Below, one piece after another: positions 1-9,560 of a stretch of 32,000 nt of DNA (position 1 is the first letter of the stretch; the number at the start of each line of letters is the position of its first letter). The notes under the pieces were generated by a model. It searched no databases, was not told where the DNA came from, and saw only the letters and a list, made by a program, of their open reading frames with translations. The position numbers and the translations under genes are program-made. This DNA comes from Wolbachia endosymbiont of Cimex lectularius (GTDB lineage: Bacteria > Pseudomonadota > Alphaproteobacteria > Rickettsiales > Anaplasmataceae), in assembly GCF_000829315.1 (NCBI RefSeq), contig NZ_AP013028.1, forward strand, positions 60,001-92,000. Direction: 5' to 3'.

Positions 1-1554
1 CTGATTTTTTAATTCATTTTCAAGCTGAGGAATTACACCATACATTAGCTCTCCTGCCTTTTCTAAATTTCCACTGCGCTGAGCTAATTCTAGTTCTTTT
101 CTAGCGTTATCTAATTTTTCTGCTGTTTCTTGAATTCTAGCTATTTTATTCTTTTCCATCTGCCATTTACTATTTAAGTCAGCAAACTTACTATTTAGGT
201 TTTCGATTTCTTCGTTTATCCTCTTTAAACGCTGCTTGGAGTTTTCATCATGTTCTTTTTTTAGAGCCTCTGACTCAATTTTTAGCTGTACGATCTTCCT
301 CTCAAGTTCATCAATAACCTCAGGTTTACTATCCATTTCAATTCTCACCCTACTTGCCGCTTCATCAATTAAATCAATCGCTTTATCAGGTAAAAACCTG
401 TCTGTTATGTATCTATTGGATAATGTTGCAGCAGCAATTATTGTACCATCTGTAATCCTAATACCGTGGTGCACTTCGTACCTCTCCTTTAGACCCCTCA
501 GTATTGAAATAGTATCAGTTTCAGTTGGTTGAGAAATAAACACAGGCTGGAAACGCCTTGCAAGTGCAGGATCTTTTTCTATATGTTCGCGATATTCATC
601 CAAAGTTGTGGCTCCTATACAGCGAATTTCTCCACGTGCAAGAGCAGGCTTTAGCAAATTTGAAGCATCCATTGCACCACTTGTTGCTCCTGCTCCAACT
701 AAAGTGTGTAATTCATCGATGAATAATATAATTTTTCCCTCTGCTTTTGAAATCTCATTAATAACCGCCTTTAGCCTTTCTTCAAACTCCCCCCTGAATT
801 TTGTTCCGGCAATCAACGCACCAAGATCTAGGGCTAAAACTTTTGCATCACGCAAACCAAGCGGCACATCGTTTGCAACAATTCTATTTGCAAGCCCCTC
901 AACTATCGCAGTCTTTCCAACACCCGGTTCACCTATCAGCACGGGATTATTCTTTGTTCGCCTTAGTGACACCTGCATAGTTCTTCTTATCTCCTCATCA
1001 CGACCAATTACAGGATCAAGCTTTCCTTGCATAGCAAGCTCTGTAATATCTTTTGTATATTTCTTTGCTGCATTTAGTTTTTCCTCGCTATTTGGCGAGT
1101 CTGCATTGTTGCCCTTTCTCATTTCTGCAATGACTGAGTTCAACTTTTGTGGAGTTACACCATTTTCCATTAAAATTCTACCCACAGTATCATCTTTTTG
1201 TGCAGCAAAACCCTGTAGTAAACGCTCAACGGTAACAAATGAATCTTTATTTCTCCTTGCAATACCAATTGAATCTTCAAAAACTTTTGCCACTTCTCTT
1301 GAAAGTTGGAGGCTACTACTTCCCGGACCTTCAACTACTGGAAACTTTCTAATTGCGCTATCCACAGCATCGGAAATATTTTGCACATTTCCACCACAAG
1401 CGCCTATTAAATCCTGGACTAAACCCGATTCATCTTCGAGCATCACCTTTAGTAAATGCTCAGGCATAAAAACCTGATGCCCAGCTCCCAATGCTTTCAT
1501 TTGGGCACTTTGAATTAGGCTTTTTGCTTTTTCGGTAAATTTATTTAAGTCCAT
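1..1554 (-). CDS. clpB: ATP-dependent chaperone ClpB, N-terminal ~518 aa (runs off left edge)
   Basis: Minus-strand reading from ATG at 1554 gives [55 protein letters not shown]...; further on there is a Walker-A region ([15 protein letters not shown]) and a coiled-coil middle region. Partial gene, so it is absent from the ORF track. Confidence 0.93.
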   Translation of the reverse strand, partial: MDLNKFTEKAKSLIQSAQMKALGAGHQVFMPEHLLKVMLEDESGLVQDLIGACGGNVQNISDAVDSAIRKFPVVEGPGSSSLQLSREVAKVFEDSIGIARRNKDSFVTVERLLQGFAAQKDDTVGRILMENGVTPQKLNSVIAEMRKGNNADSPNSEEKLNAAKKYTKDITELAMQGKLDPVIGRDEEIRRTMQVSLRRTKNNPVLIGEPGVGKTAIVEGLANRIVANDVPLGLRDAKVLALDLGALIAGTKFRGEFEERLKAVINEISKAEGKIILFIDELHTLVGAGATSGAMDASNLLKPALARGEIRCIGATTLDEYREHIEKDPALARRFQPVFISQPTETDTISILRGLKERYEVHHGIRITDGTIIAAATLSNRYITDRFLPDKAIDLIDEAASRVRIEMDSKPEVIDELERKIVQLKIESEALKKEHDENSKQRLKRINEEIENLNSKFADLNSKWQMEKNKIARIQETAEKLDNARKELELAQRSGNLEKAGELMYGVIPQLENELKNQ

Positions 1555-2012
1555 AATATAAGTTTAACTCGTATTTGTCGGTATATATAGCAACTGCTTT
1601 TCTAATTTCAAGCTAGGAGCTGTTCATTGCCAGGCAAAAATTCATGTTGCAGAGGTGGTGGTATAAATAATTCTGGAGGTTATGCCCATTAATCGCTAAT
1701 TTCGCTATTGGACTTCTCACATAGTTTTTGGCAGCATGCTAGGTGTATAGAAACAAAAAAAACTGCTTGACAACCTTCACCGACTTCATTATCATAGTAG
1801 TAAGGGTATTTCTGACTCAAAACTTGTTTTTGATCTGTAGGCTCAATGACAAAATTCAGTAAAAAACTCAGGGTATTTTTTGGCGGATTGTATCAAATTA
1901 TAGCGGCTGCATGTCTTTTTCATTTTTTCTACATTCAGCCAAATCGCGCTTGAACTAAGCGTCAGTAAATTATTATAGCGCCAATTTAAAGTATTATAGA
2001 GTCAAAACTCGC

Positions 2013-2175
2013 CACTCGGGATTTCTTTTGCTTTTTTTCTCGCTTGGTAAATTTTTTAATATAATTACAATGCAAGATGAGGCTTGGGTTCGTAGGCCAA
2101 TACATCCAAAACAAAAAGATTGAATATTTCTACAGAATTGTGTATAATTTTTAATACTTTTTAAGTAAATTTCTC
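2013..2175 (+). repeat. Conserved 5' module upstream of Rpn-family copy A
   Basis: Contains TTTGCTTTTTTTCTCGCTTGGTAAATTTTTTAATATAATTACAATGCAAGATGAGGCTTGGGTTCGTAGGCCAATACATCCAAAACAAAAAGATTGAATATTTCTACAGAATTGTGTATAAT, near-identical at 16121-16289 and inverted at 30181-30345. Confidence 0.85.
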
Positions 2176-3051
2176 ATGGCTTTATCAAAATTTCTCAATC
2201 CAAAATTGGACTTAACCTTCAAGAAAATCTTTGGCACTGAGAAAAACAAGAACATTCTTATCCATTTTCTCAATGATATCTTAGGATTTACTGGAATAGA
2301 TACTATACAAGAAGTTGAGTTTCTTAGCACCTATATGGATCCTAAAATTGCCTTCGATAAACAGAGTATCGTTGACGTTCTTTGCAAGGGTTCTAGAGGG
2401 CTTAGGTACGTGATTGAGATGCAGCTTGCTCGCGATAAAGGCTTCGAAAAACGCGCTCAGCTATATGCAGCTAAAGCTTATTCAAGGCAGGTTGGGAAAG
2501 GTGGCGAGTACATCGATTTAAAGACAGTATTCTTTATTGCTATTTCCGATAATGCGATATTTCCTGAGGAAGTTGAGTACATTTCTACTCATAATATACG
2601 AGAGGTAAAAACCAATGGACATTACTTAAAAGATTTTCAGTTTGTTTTTATTGAGTTGCCTAAATTTGCAAAAAACAGAGTGGAGGAACTAGAGAGCACA
2701 ATAGAAAGGTGGTGTTTCTTTTTCAAGTATGCAGAGGATACTACAGATGAAGACTTAAGGAATATAGCAGAAAAATCACCAATAATAAAGCTAGCATATG
2801 ATGAGTTAGACAAGTTTCGCTGGAATGAGAAAGATCTAATAGCATATGAAGAAAGATTAATGGACCTACGCAAAGAAGAAGGCATCCTCGCTCAAAAACT
2901 TGATGATGCTACTGAAAAAGGCAGACAAGAAGGAAAAATTGAAGTTACTAAAAACCTACTTAAAGCAGGAGTTTCTGTTGATATCATAGCTCAAACTACT
3001 GGTCTTCTTAAAGCTGAAATTGCACAACTCAAAGAAGAAGTCACGAGTTAA
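2176..3051 (+). CDS. Rpn family recombination-promoting nuclease / PD-(D/E)XK nuclease family putative transposase (copy A)
   Basis: MALSKFLNPKLDLTFKKIFGTEKNKNILIHFLNDILGF...KQSIVDVLCKGSRGLRYVIEMQLARDKGFEKRAQLYAAKAYSRQ...; matches the family pattern and is paralogous to 16290-17228 and 29335-30161. Confidence 0.85.
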   Translation: MALSKFLNPKLDLTFKKIFGTEKNKNILIHFLNDILGFTGIDTIQEVEFLSTYMDPKIAFDKQSIVDVLCKGSRGLRYVIEMQLARDKGFEKRAQLYAAKAYSRQVGKGGEYIDLKTVFFIAISDNAIFPEEVEYISTHNIREVKTNGHYLKDFQFVFIELPKFAKNRVEELESTIERWCFFFKYAEDTTDEDLRNIAEKSPIIKLAYDELDKFRWNEKDLIAYEERLMDLRKEEGILAQKLDDATEKGRQEGKIEVTKNLLKAGVSVDIIAQTTGLLKAEIAQLKEEVTS

Positions 3052-3084
3052 TCGCTTAGCTACCAATATATTTTGAAGTAAGCC

Positions 3085-3175
3085 ACCCACGGGGCTTCTT
3101 TTGCTTTTTTTCCTCGTTTGGTAAATTTCTTAAATATTTATTACTAAAGTAGTATCCTGGATCTCAGTGTCAGCT
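3085..3175 (+). repeat. Dispersed intergenic repeat, family 1 copy
   Basis: GGGGCTTCTTTTGCTTTTTTTCCTCGTTTGGTAAATTTCTTAAATATTTATTACTAAAGTAGTATCCTGGATCTCAGTGTCAGCTACTTGG; inverse copies near 11765 and 29080. Confidence 0.75.
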
Positions 3176-3200
3176 ACTTGGATGACATTGAAAAAAGGAT

Positions 3201-4694
3201 CTACTCTGGATCAGCCGGTAAGTTGGATGCTTGATAAGCGTAATTTGGAGCTTCTTGCGTAATAATTATATCATGAGCATGACTCTCTCTGAGTCCCGAT
3301 GCAGTAATAGTAACGAATTTGCAGTTTTTCTTCATTTCTTCTATACCACTATTACCAGTATACCCCATTGCAGCCTGCAACCCGCCAATTAATTGATGGA
3401 TCACCCCTGAAGCTGGACCTTTAAATGGAACTCTTCCTTCTACTCCTTGTGGAACTAATTTTAGTTTTGAGTCTTTATCTTGAAAATAACGGCTCGCTGA
3501 ACCTCGTTTCATTGCGCTGATAGACCCCATTCCTCGATAGCCTTTGTATGCTCTGCCCTTGTACATGATGATTTCGCCTGGACTTTCGTCAGTGCCTGCA
3601 AAAAGTGAACCAATCATCACAGAATCAGCGCCGGCTGCGATAGCTTTTGCAACATCTCCTGAGTATTTTATCCCACCATCGGCAATCAATCTTACTTTTC
3701 TTGCTTTACATATTTCTGCAACATTTTGAATTGCAGAAAATTGTGGCACACCAACACCTGTAACTATCCTAGTTGTGCAGATTGATCCAGGCCCTATGCC
3801 AACCTTCACTGCATCAACGCCCGCGTCAATCAATGCTTCAGCAGCTTCTTTTGTGGCAATATTGCCACCTACTAGCTGCGTGTTTGGATACATCGCTTTT
3901 ATTTCTCTAATGGTGTTAATAACGTTTTCGGAATGACCGTGAGCGGTATCCACAACAATCACATCAATTTCTTCTCTAATTAAAGCTTCACATCTTTCTA
4001 TGCCATCCTTTTTGCCGATGCCAACTGCAGCAGCGACTCTGAGCCGCCCTTTACTGTCTTTACATGAATTGGGGTACCTATTGTATTTTTCAATGTCTTT
4101 AACCGTAATTAGGCCTATACAACAAGAATTTTCATCTACGACCAAAAGCTTCTCTATTCTATTTTCATGCAACAATTTCATTGCTGAGGCACTATCCACT
4201 TCCTGCTCCCGAACTGTAATCAGCTTGTCTTTTGTCATCACTTCAGAAACTTTTACACCCATGTTCTGGTCTTCAATGAACCTCACATCCCGGTTAGTTA
4301 AAATTCCCACTAACTTAAATTGATCAACCACAGGAATGCCAGAATAATTGTGCTCTTTCATTAATGAAATTGCTTCCGCAACTGTTTTATCTGGAGAAAT
4401 CGTAATTGGGTTATACACGATCCAACTTTCATATTTTTTTACCCTTCTGACTTCCGAAACTTGCTCATCTATTGATAAGTTTTTATGTATACAACCTATT
4501 CCACCATGTTGGGCAATAGCTATTGCAAAGTCTGATTCAGTAACAGTATCCATTGCGGAAGATATGAGAGGAATATTGAGTTCTATGCTATTTGTTAAAT
4601 AAGTTTTCGTATCTGCATCACAAGGCAATATATTAGAATGGGCTGGCAAGAGTAGTATATCGTCGAACGAATAACAAGCTTCCATTTTTTTCAT
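3201..4694 (-). CDS. guaB: Inosine-5'-monophosphate dehydrogenase
   Basis: 497 aa; [16 protein letters not shown], central CBS pair, [20 protein letters not shown] catalytic loop, [26 protein letters not shown]. Confidence 0.97.
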   Translation of the reverse strand: MKKMEACYSFDDILLLPAHSNILPCDADTKTYLTNSIELNIPLISSAMDTVTESDFAIAIAQHGGIGCIHKNLSIDEQVSEVRRVKKYESWIVYNPITISPDKTVAEAISLMKEHNYSGIPVVDQFKLVGILTNRDVRFIEDQNMGVKVSEVMTKDKLITVREQEVDSASAMKLLHENRIEKLLVVDENSCCIGLITVKDIEKYNRYPNSCKDSKGRLRVAAAVGIGKKDGIERCEALIREEIDVIVVDTAHGHSENVINTIREIKAMYPNTQLVGGNIATKEAAEALIDAGVDAVKVGIGPGSICTTRIVTGVGVPQFSAIQNVAEICKARKVRLIADGGIKYSGDVAKAIAAGADSVMIGSLFAGTDESPGEIIMYKGRAYKGYRGMGSISAMKRGSASRYFQDKDSKLKLVPQGVEGRVPFKGPASGVIHQLIGGLQAAMGYTGNSGIEEMKKNCKFVTITASGLRESHAHDIIITQEAPNYAYQASNLPADPE

Positions 4695-4898
4695 AGGCTT
4701 TATTTAAAGCTTATACGCCAATTGATTGAATTGCAATAGGGCTGTGCAAAATTAGCTAGCAGATTGCTGCTTATACTCTTTTGTTAAGTTTAATTGCGCA
4801 CATGCTGCAAAATGGAGTAAATATATATGTTCGCCTCTAATTAATACTATTTTTATTATTATATGAGATAGCTAGATCAGCATTTATAAATTTATACT

Positions 4899-5780
4899 AT
4901 GTTACACATAACTCAGGAAAGTAAGATTTGCTGGTTATGTGCAGGAATGATACCAATCCGTGGCTACAACGCTATAACACCGAGAGCTGTATTTGTCTGC
5001 ATATTAATTTATTCTATAGTTTTACTAAGTTTTTCCACTGCTCATGCTAACGAGGATTTGGAGATACGAAAAGTCTTTGATAACGTTGCTAAATACATAA
5101 AAGCTGAAGAAAAATATAAAGACTTTGACGTTATTGAGAAAAAAAGTGATAAGTTTAATATCAAAGTTGCACAGAATTCTGGCAAGCATTTTAGCATACA
5201 CTCCATTTTAAAAAAAGCAAAAGATTCCTTTGAATCTGGAGATAATGAGGCAGCCATTTCTTTCCTTAACCAAGCCATTGCAAAATTTCCTTATCATAAA
5301 AATGCTCTGATCGGACTGGGAAACATTTACTACGCTAACAAAGAATACGAAAAGGCTATAGAGATCTACACAAGACTATTAAAAGAATACCCTAGTAACT
5401 CTTATATATTAGAGAATTTTCTGACGATAATTTCACAATACAACCCTGATCTGGCGTTAAGTGAAATGTTGAAGTTGTATGATATACACAAAAATTGTGC
5501 TCCTTTGTTGGCAAATCTAGGTCTAATCTATATAAAAAAGGAGGACTATGCAAAAGCTAAGGAGTACATGATAGCTGCGGTTTCTCTTGATCAAAACAAT
5601 ATTTTCTATGTCTATAATCTAGCTGTTATTCTAGATAAGCTTTCAGATTTCAAAAATGCTGCAACATTCTACTTAAAGCTGTTGAACATGGCCGTGAACT
5701 CGAAAAACATAAGCGAAGAAATACCTATACGTAAGGTGGAAGCAAGACTAAAATTTATAAAACTTCACAGATATACTTAG
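4899..5780 (+). CDS. Tetratricopeptide repeat protein with N-terminal hydrophobic segment
   Basis: TPR-like units: FESGDNEAAISFLNQAIAKFPYHKNALIGLGNIYYANKEYEKAIEIYTRLLKEYP; PLLANLGLIYIKKEDYAKAKEYMIAAVSLDQNN. The true start may be downstream of 4899. Confidence 0.75.
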   Translation: MLHITQESKICWLCAGMIPIRGYNAITPRAVFVCILIYSIVLLSFSTAHANEDLEIRKVFDNVAKYIKAEEKYKDFDVIEKKSDKFNIKVAQNSGKHFSIHSILKKAKDSFESGDNEAAISFLNQAIAKFPYHKNALIGLGNIYYANKEYEKAIEIYTRLLKEYPSNSYILENFLTIISQYNPDLALSEMLKLYDIHKNCAPLLANLGLIYIKKEDYAKAKEYMIAAVSLDQNNIFYVYNLAVILDKLSDFKNAATFYLKLLNMAVNSKNISEEIPIRKVEARLKFIKLHRYT

Positions 5781-5833
5781 CAACTTCTTAAAATAAGCTG
5801 ACATGGCTGTTTTCCTCCTTGTAATGACCTGAG

Positions 5834-6697
5834 TTAAACCCGCGAATATTGGGAACATTCAGTAGTCCATGCATCAGAAATCACGCTCTTAACAGCATCC
5901 CATGTACTTAAATCAGGATCTTCTTGTTTCTCTTCACTAACTCTCTGACAAAATTTTCCAACACCGTAGCCCACTAGTGCACCAACTACTGCTGCTGCGA
6001 AAAATACTGCGATAGCAGCCCAACAGGAGTTAAAGCAGCAGCTCCTCTGCGAGATATGCTGTGCTTAAGCCTAGCAATAAGCCAATTGCTGCACTGATGC
6101 CAACATAGTATTTCATGTCGGTATTAGGTTTTATTTCAGTATTAGGTTTTATTATTGCTTTAAATTCTATACGACAATTTGGAAGCTTATTTTGTAACTC
6201 TTTTATATCCTCATCAGTGATATTGGTATATGATAGATCAAGAAAAGTAAGGTTTGGAAGCTTAGCCAATTCTTTTACACCTTCACTGCTAATGTTATTA
6301 CCAGCTAAAGAAAGTGAAGTAAGCTTTGGAAACCCAACTAATTCTTTTATACATTCATCATTGATGTTGCAATTCTGTAAAGACAATGAAGTAAGATTTG
6401 GAAGCTTAGCCAACTCTTTTACACCTTCATCAGGATTTCGTTAGATGGTAAATTAAGCTCAGTAAGATTTTTGAGTTTGACTAGCTCTTTTACGTCTTGA
6501 TCACTTATCACATGGTGTATGTATCTAGCTCCTCCAAATACTGTAAGCATTTTTTCATGACCACTGCCCCTTAAAGAAAGCTTTGTAATGTTTGTATTAC
6601 TTCGTAAAAAATTTACCAATTTGCCTATATTTACAGCGCAAGGTAATACTAAAGTGTCACCTTTAAGATATTGACCAAAACTCATTTTGCTACCCAC
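5834..6697 (-). pseudogene. Fragmented leucine-rich-repeat protein with C-terminal membrane module (ORFs 6419-6697 and 6030-6413 plus an out-of-frame tail)
   Basis: Repeats such as LKNLTELNLPSNEI / LPNLTSLSLQNCNINDECIKELVGFPKLTSLSLAGNNISSEGVKEL. Near 6437 the frame changes (LPSNEI|PDEGVKELAKLPNLTS). Near 6050 it changes again into FNSCWAAIAVFFAAAVVGALVGYGVGKFCQRVSEEKQEDPDLSTWDAVKSVISDAW..., with a stop at 5834-5836. Confidence 0.75.
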
Positions 6698-6856
6698 TAG
6701 ATGTTAGTATAAAAAATGATAAATGATATTTTAAGCATTGTCAATCTTTTTCAAAGATTACGTGAAAATTTGTAGAAACTGCGCATACAACCTGCCAAAA
6801 CACCATCGAATTTAAGAAAAAGTCAATCACTGTAAGGTAACATATTTCTAGAATCC

Positions 6857-8095
6857 ATGAACAGTGAGGTACAACCAATGGGTATCAAAAGCAACTTATT
6901 AGTTCAAGCTACTAAATACAACAACAAGAGAGTTGTGAAGTTTACTCTAGGTCTCTTTGATGCATTGGGTAAACTCTTCTTGCCTGCTAGAAAAAAGGAA
7001 CCTTTCCACAGTAGGGAGGACAATCAACACTTAAACGATGCACTTGTGTTTGCTGTAGAAAACCTTAATTACGACATGGTAGAATTACTTGTCAACGCGG
7101 GAGCTGACGTCAACTCGCTAGATAAAAACAACAGAAATGCTATAATGCACGCTGTGGAAAAACTGGCTACCTCAAAAGGGTTATCAGTGGATCCATCGAA
7201 AAACTTGCCAGAGGAAATAATTTCTCACCCTATAGTACAATTTTTGTTGGTGAGAGGTTCTGAGTATTATATCACAGACAACATGGATATTGAAGGAAGG
7301 CATGCTTCGCGAATAAAGGGAAACGTAGGACACTCCTTGCAATCAGAGCCTATTTATGAAGAAATACCTGCCAAGAACACTGAAACACAACCTGTATACG
7401 ATGACAGGCGCATTTATGGGAAAGTAGATGGTTTTGGAGATGATGATTCACTAAGTAGAGGCTACTCTAGCATAAAAGAGCTTAGAGCGCAGAGAAAACC
7501 AATTGATTCACCACACATATATGCTACAGTAGGCCTTGCTGCAAAACAAGGGGCACAGGAGCAAGATGATGAACACATTTATGAAGAAATCTCTGATGGT
7601 AGAGAGCGTAAGAACCCACTCTACGTCAGCGCAGAAGAGTGTAAAACACGGAAAAAATCGATTGATTCATCAAAGCAAGAACCTATATACGCTACAGTAG
7701 ATCTTGCTGCAAAGAGATTAGAAAAGCAAGCAAAATCCATAAAAGCTGATTCTGGCACTTATCACGGGCTAGTAAAAGATAGAAAAAATCAGTGGGAAGA
7801 AAAAATAAACAAACGTAAATCAGAAGCTAATACAACAACAGGTCGAAAAGAAGAACTACAGGCTAATACTAGAAAAACTTCCGGTGTTAATGTAGAAAGA
7901 ATAAGGCAGAAATACGAGTCAGGTTATGATTCTGGCTATGACTCTGATACAAAAATGGAACAATCAAGAAAGTCTAAAGCTCCCAACTCTAAAGTGAATT
8001 CAGTTCATGTTAAGTATGGAATAGTAGGAGGTTGTCGATATAAAATCACTGATATATCATTTAAACTGTGCGGTTCATGGAGGTTGTGGCAGTAA
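6857..8095 (+). CDS. Ankyrin-repeat protein with EPIYA and EPIYA-like tyrosine motifs, candidate secreted effector
   Basis: Ankyrin unit: ALVFAVENLNYDMVELLVNAGADVNSLDKNNRNAIMHAVEK. Tyrosine motifs: SEPIYEEI, SPHIYATVGLAAKQ, DEHIYEEI, QEPIYATVDLAAKR, ESGYDSGYDSD. Confidence 0.75.
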   Translation: MNSEVQPMGIKSNLLVQATKYNNKRVVKFTLGLFDALGKLFLPARKKEPFHSREDNQHLNDALVFAVENLNYDMVELLVNAGADVNSLDKNNRNAIMHAVEKLATSKGLSVDPSKNLPEEIISHPIVQFLLVRGSEYYITDNMDIEGRHASRIKGNVGHSLQSEPIYEEIPAKNTETQPVYDDRRIYGKVDGFGDDDSLSRGYSSIKELRAQRKPIDSPHIYATVGLAAKQGAQEQDDEHIYEEISDGRERKNPLYVSAEECKTRKKSIDSSKQEPIYATVDLAAKRLEKQAKSIKADSGTYHGLVKDRKNQWEEKINKRKSEANTTTGRKEELQANTRKTSGVNVERIRQKYESGYDSGYDSDTKMEQSRKSKAPNSKVNSVHVKYGIVGGCRYKITDISFKLCGSWRLWQ

Positions 8096-8131
8096 AAGTG
8101 CAGTTTGAATAGAGTTTTATTTAGTACTAGC

Positions 8132-9349
8132 CTAAGGGTTTTCTGCGGAAAGCTTTTTTTGCTTTAATCTACTCTTCATTATCAGGATAAGAAGTATTGA
8201 GAGGATGCTTATAATGTTTATAATAAAAACTACTAATGATGTAGAGAGAGTTAGCTCACTCAAGATATGACCTGCAGCCACTGATGATATAGAGGCAGCA
8301 CTAAGCTGCATTAGGCCCATAAGGCCAGAAGCAGTGCCAGCCATCTTTGGGAATATCGATATTACACTCGCTACACCAAGTGGTAGGAGAAATCCATTAC
8401 CGAACGTTAAGATGGTCATAGGAATAATAATTTCCAGCGGATGACTAATTGTATTCCAAGCTAAAATAAACATTATAAGCCCGCCAGTAGTAAAAATTAT
8501 TGTATCTAATAACAATGTGTTATCTATAGTACTGATTTTCATTATTTTTTTACTCAATATATTACCCAACACATATGATAAAGATATAGTGACATAGAAA
8601 AAACCTATACTATCTGGGTTAAACCCTAATTTACTGAAGATAAATGGGGAGTTTACTAAATAGGCAAAGTAAGCGCCATAAGCTGTACATACGATTGTAC
8701 TATATGCTAAATAGATTGGATTACATAATATTTCCTTGTAGTGCATTATAAGATTTGCGATAGATATACCGATTTTTTTATCTTTAGGTAAGGTTTCTTT
8801 GAATGCGATTAATATAGTGATTATCAATATAGCTCCAACGATTACTAAAAAAAGAAAGTTAGCCCGCCAGTTAAAATAAGATGTAAGAAATCCTCCAATT
8901 ACAGGAGATATAGCTGGTGATATGCCAATAATCGGAAATATACTTGCAAAAATCTGTGCTGCTTCTTCTTTTTTGAATAAGTCACCAACAATTGTTCTGT
9001 CCAGTACCATACCAGAGCATGCTCCTACTGCTTGGAAAAAGCGGAAAATTACCAGGGCTTTAACGCTAGTGGATATCATACAAAGGCCAAAAAATATAAT
9101 TTAAATAGCAACACCTATTATAATAACAGGTCGGCGACCAAATCTGTCTGATAAGGAACCGTAAATTATTTGTGAAACAGATAACCCAAGCAGATATACA
9201 CTTAAAGTGGTTTGTATATCTTGTGATCTCACATGGAAATACTCTGCCATTGCTGGTAATGCGGGTAGGTAAATATCCGAGGACATCAATCCTATAACGC
9301 TCATCATTACAACCATTGTTATAAGTAGGTAGTAATTCTTTCCCTTCAT
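8132..9349 (-). pseudogene. Bcr/CflA-type MFS drug-resistance transporter interrupted by an in-frame TAA
   Basis: N-terminal part (9101-9349) MSSDIYLPALPAMAEYFHV...LSVSQIIYGSLSDRFGRRPVIIIGVAI*; after the stop at 9101-9103 the same frame continues IIFFGLCMISTSVKALVIFRFFQAVGACSGMVL... to 8132. Confidence 0.85.
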
Positions 9350-9560
9350 AAAAACCCCTAATTAAAGCTTTATGGAATTATATGGATAAAAACGAGAAGG
9401 AAAAGTGACAGTTTGACCTAATAAATAGACCTTACATAACCAATTTATGGTGAGGTCAGAAATGCAAGAGATTTATTATATATGTTGACAAAGGCCTAGG
9501 TTAATTGTACAATTAATATGGTAACGCTACTAAACTGAGTAAAAGGGTGCAAAGTAAAGC

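Noticed and set aside
236-1477. Plus-strand ORFs 236-532 and 608-1477 (98 and 289 aa)
   Set aside because: They lie antisense to the clearly coding clpB frame and have typical shadow-ORF composition (runs of Ser, Phe, Leu).
3544-4602. Plus-strand ORFs 3544-3729, 4000-4323, 4348-4602
   Set aside because: Antisense to guaB with no recognisable domains.
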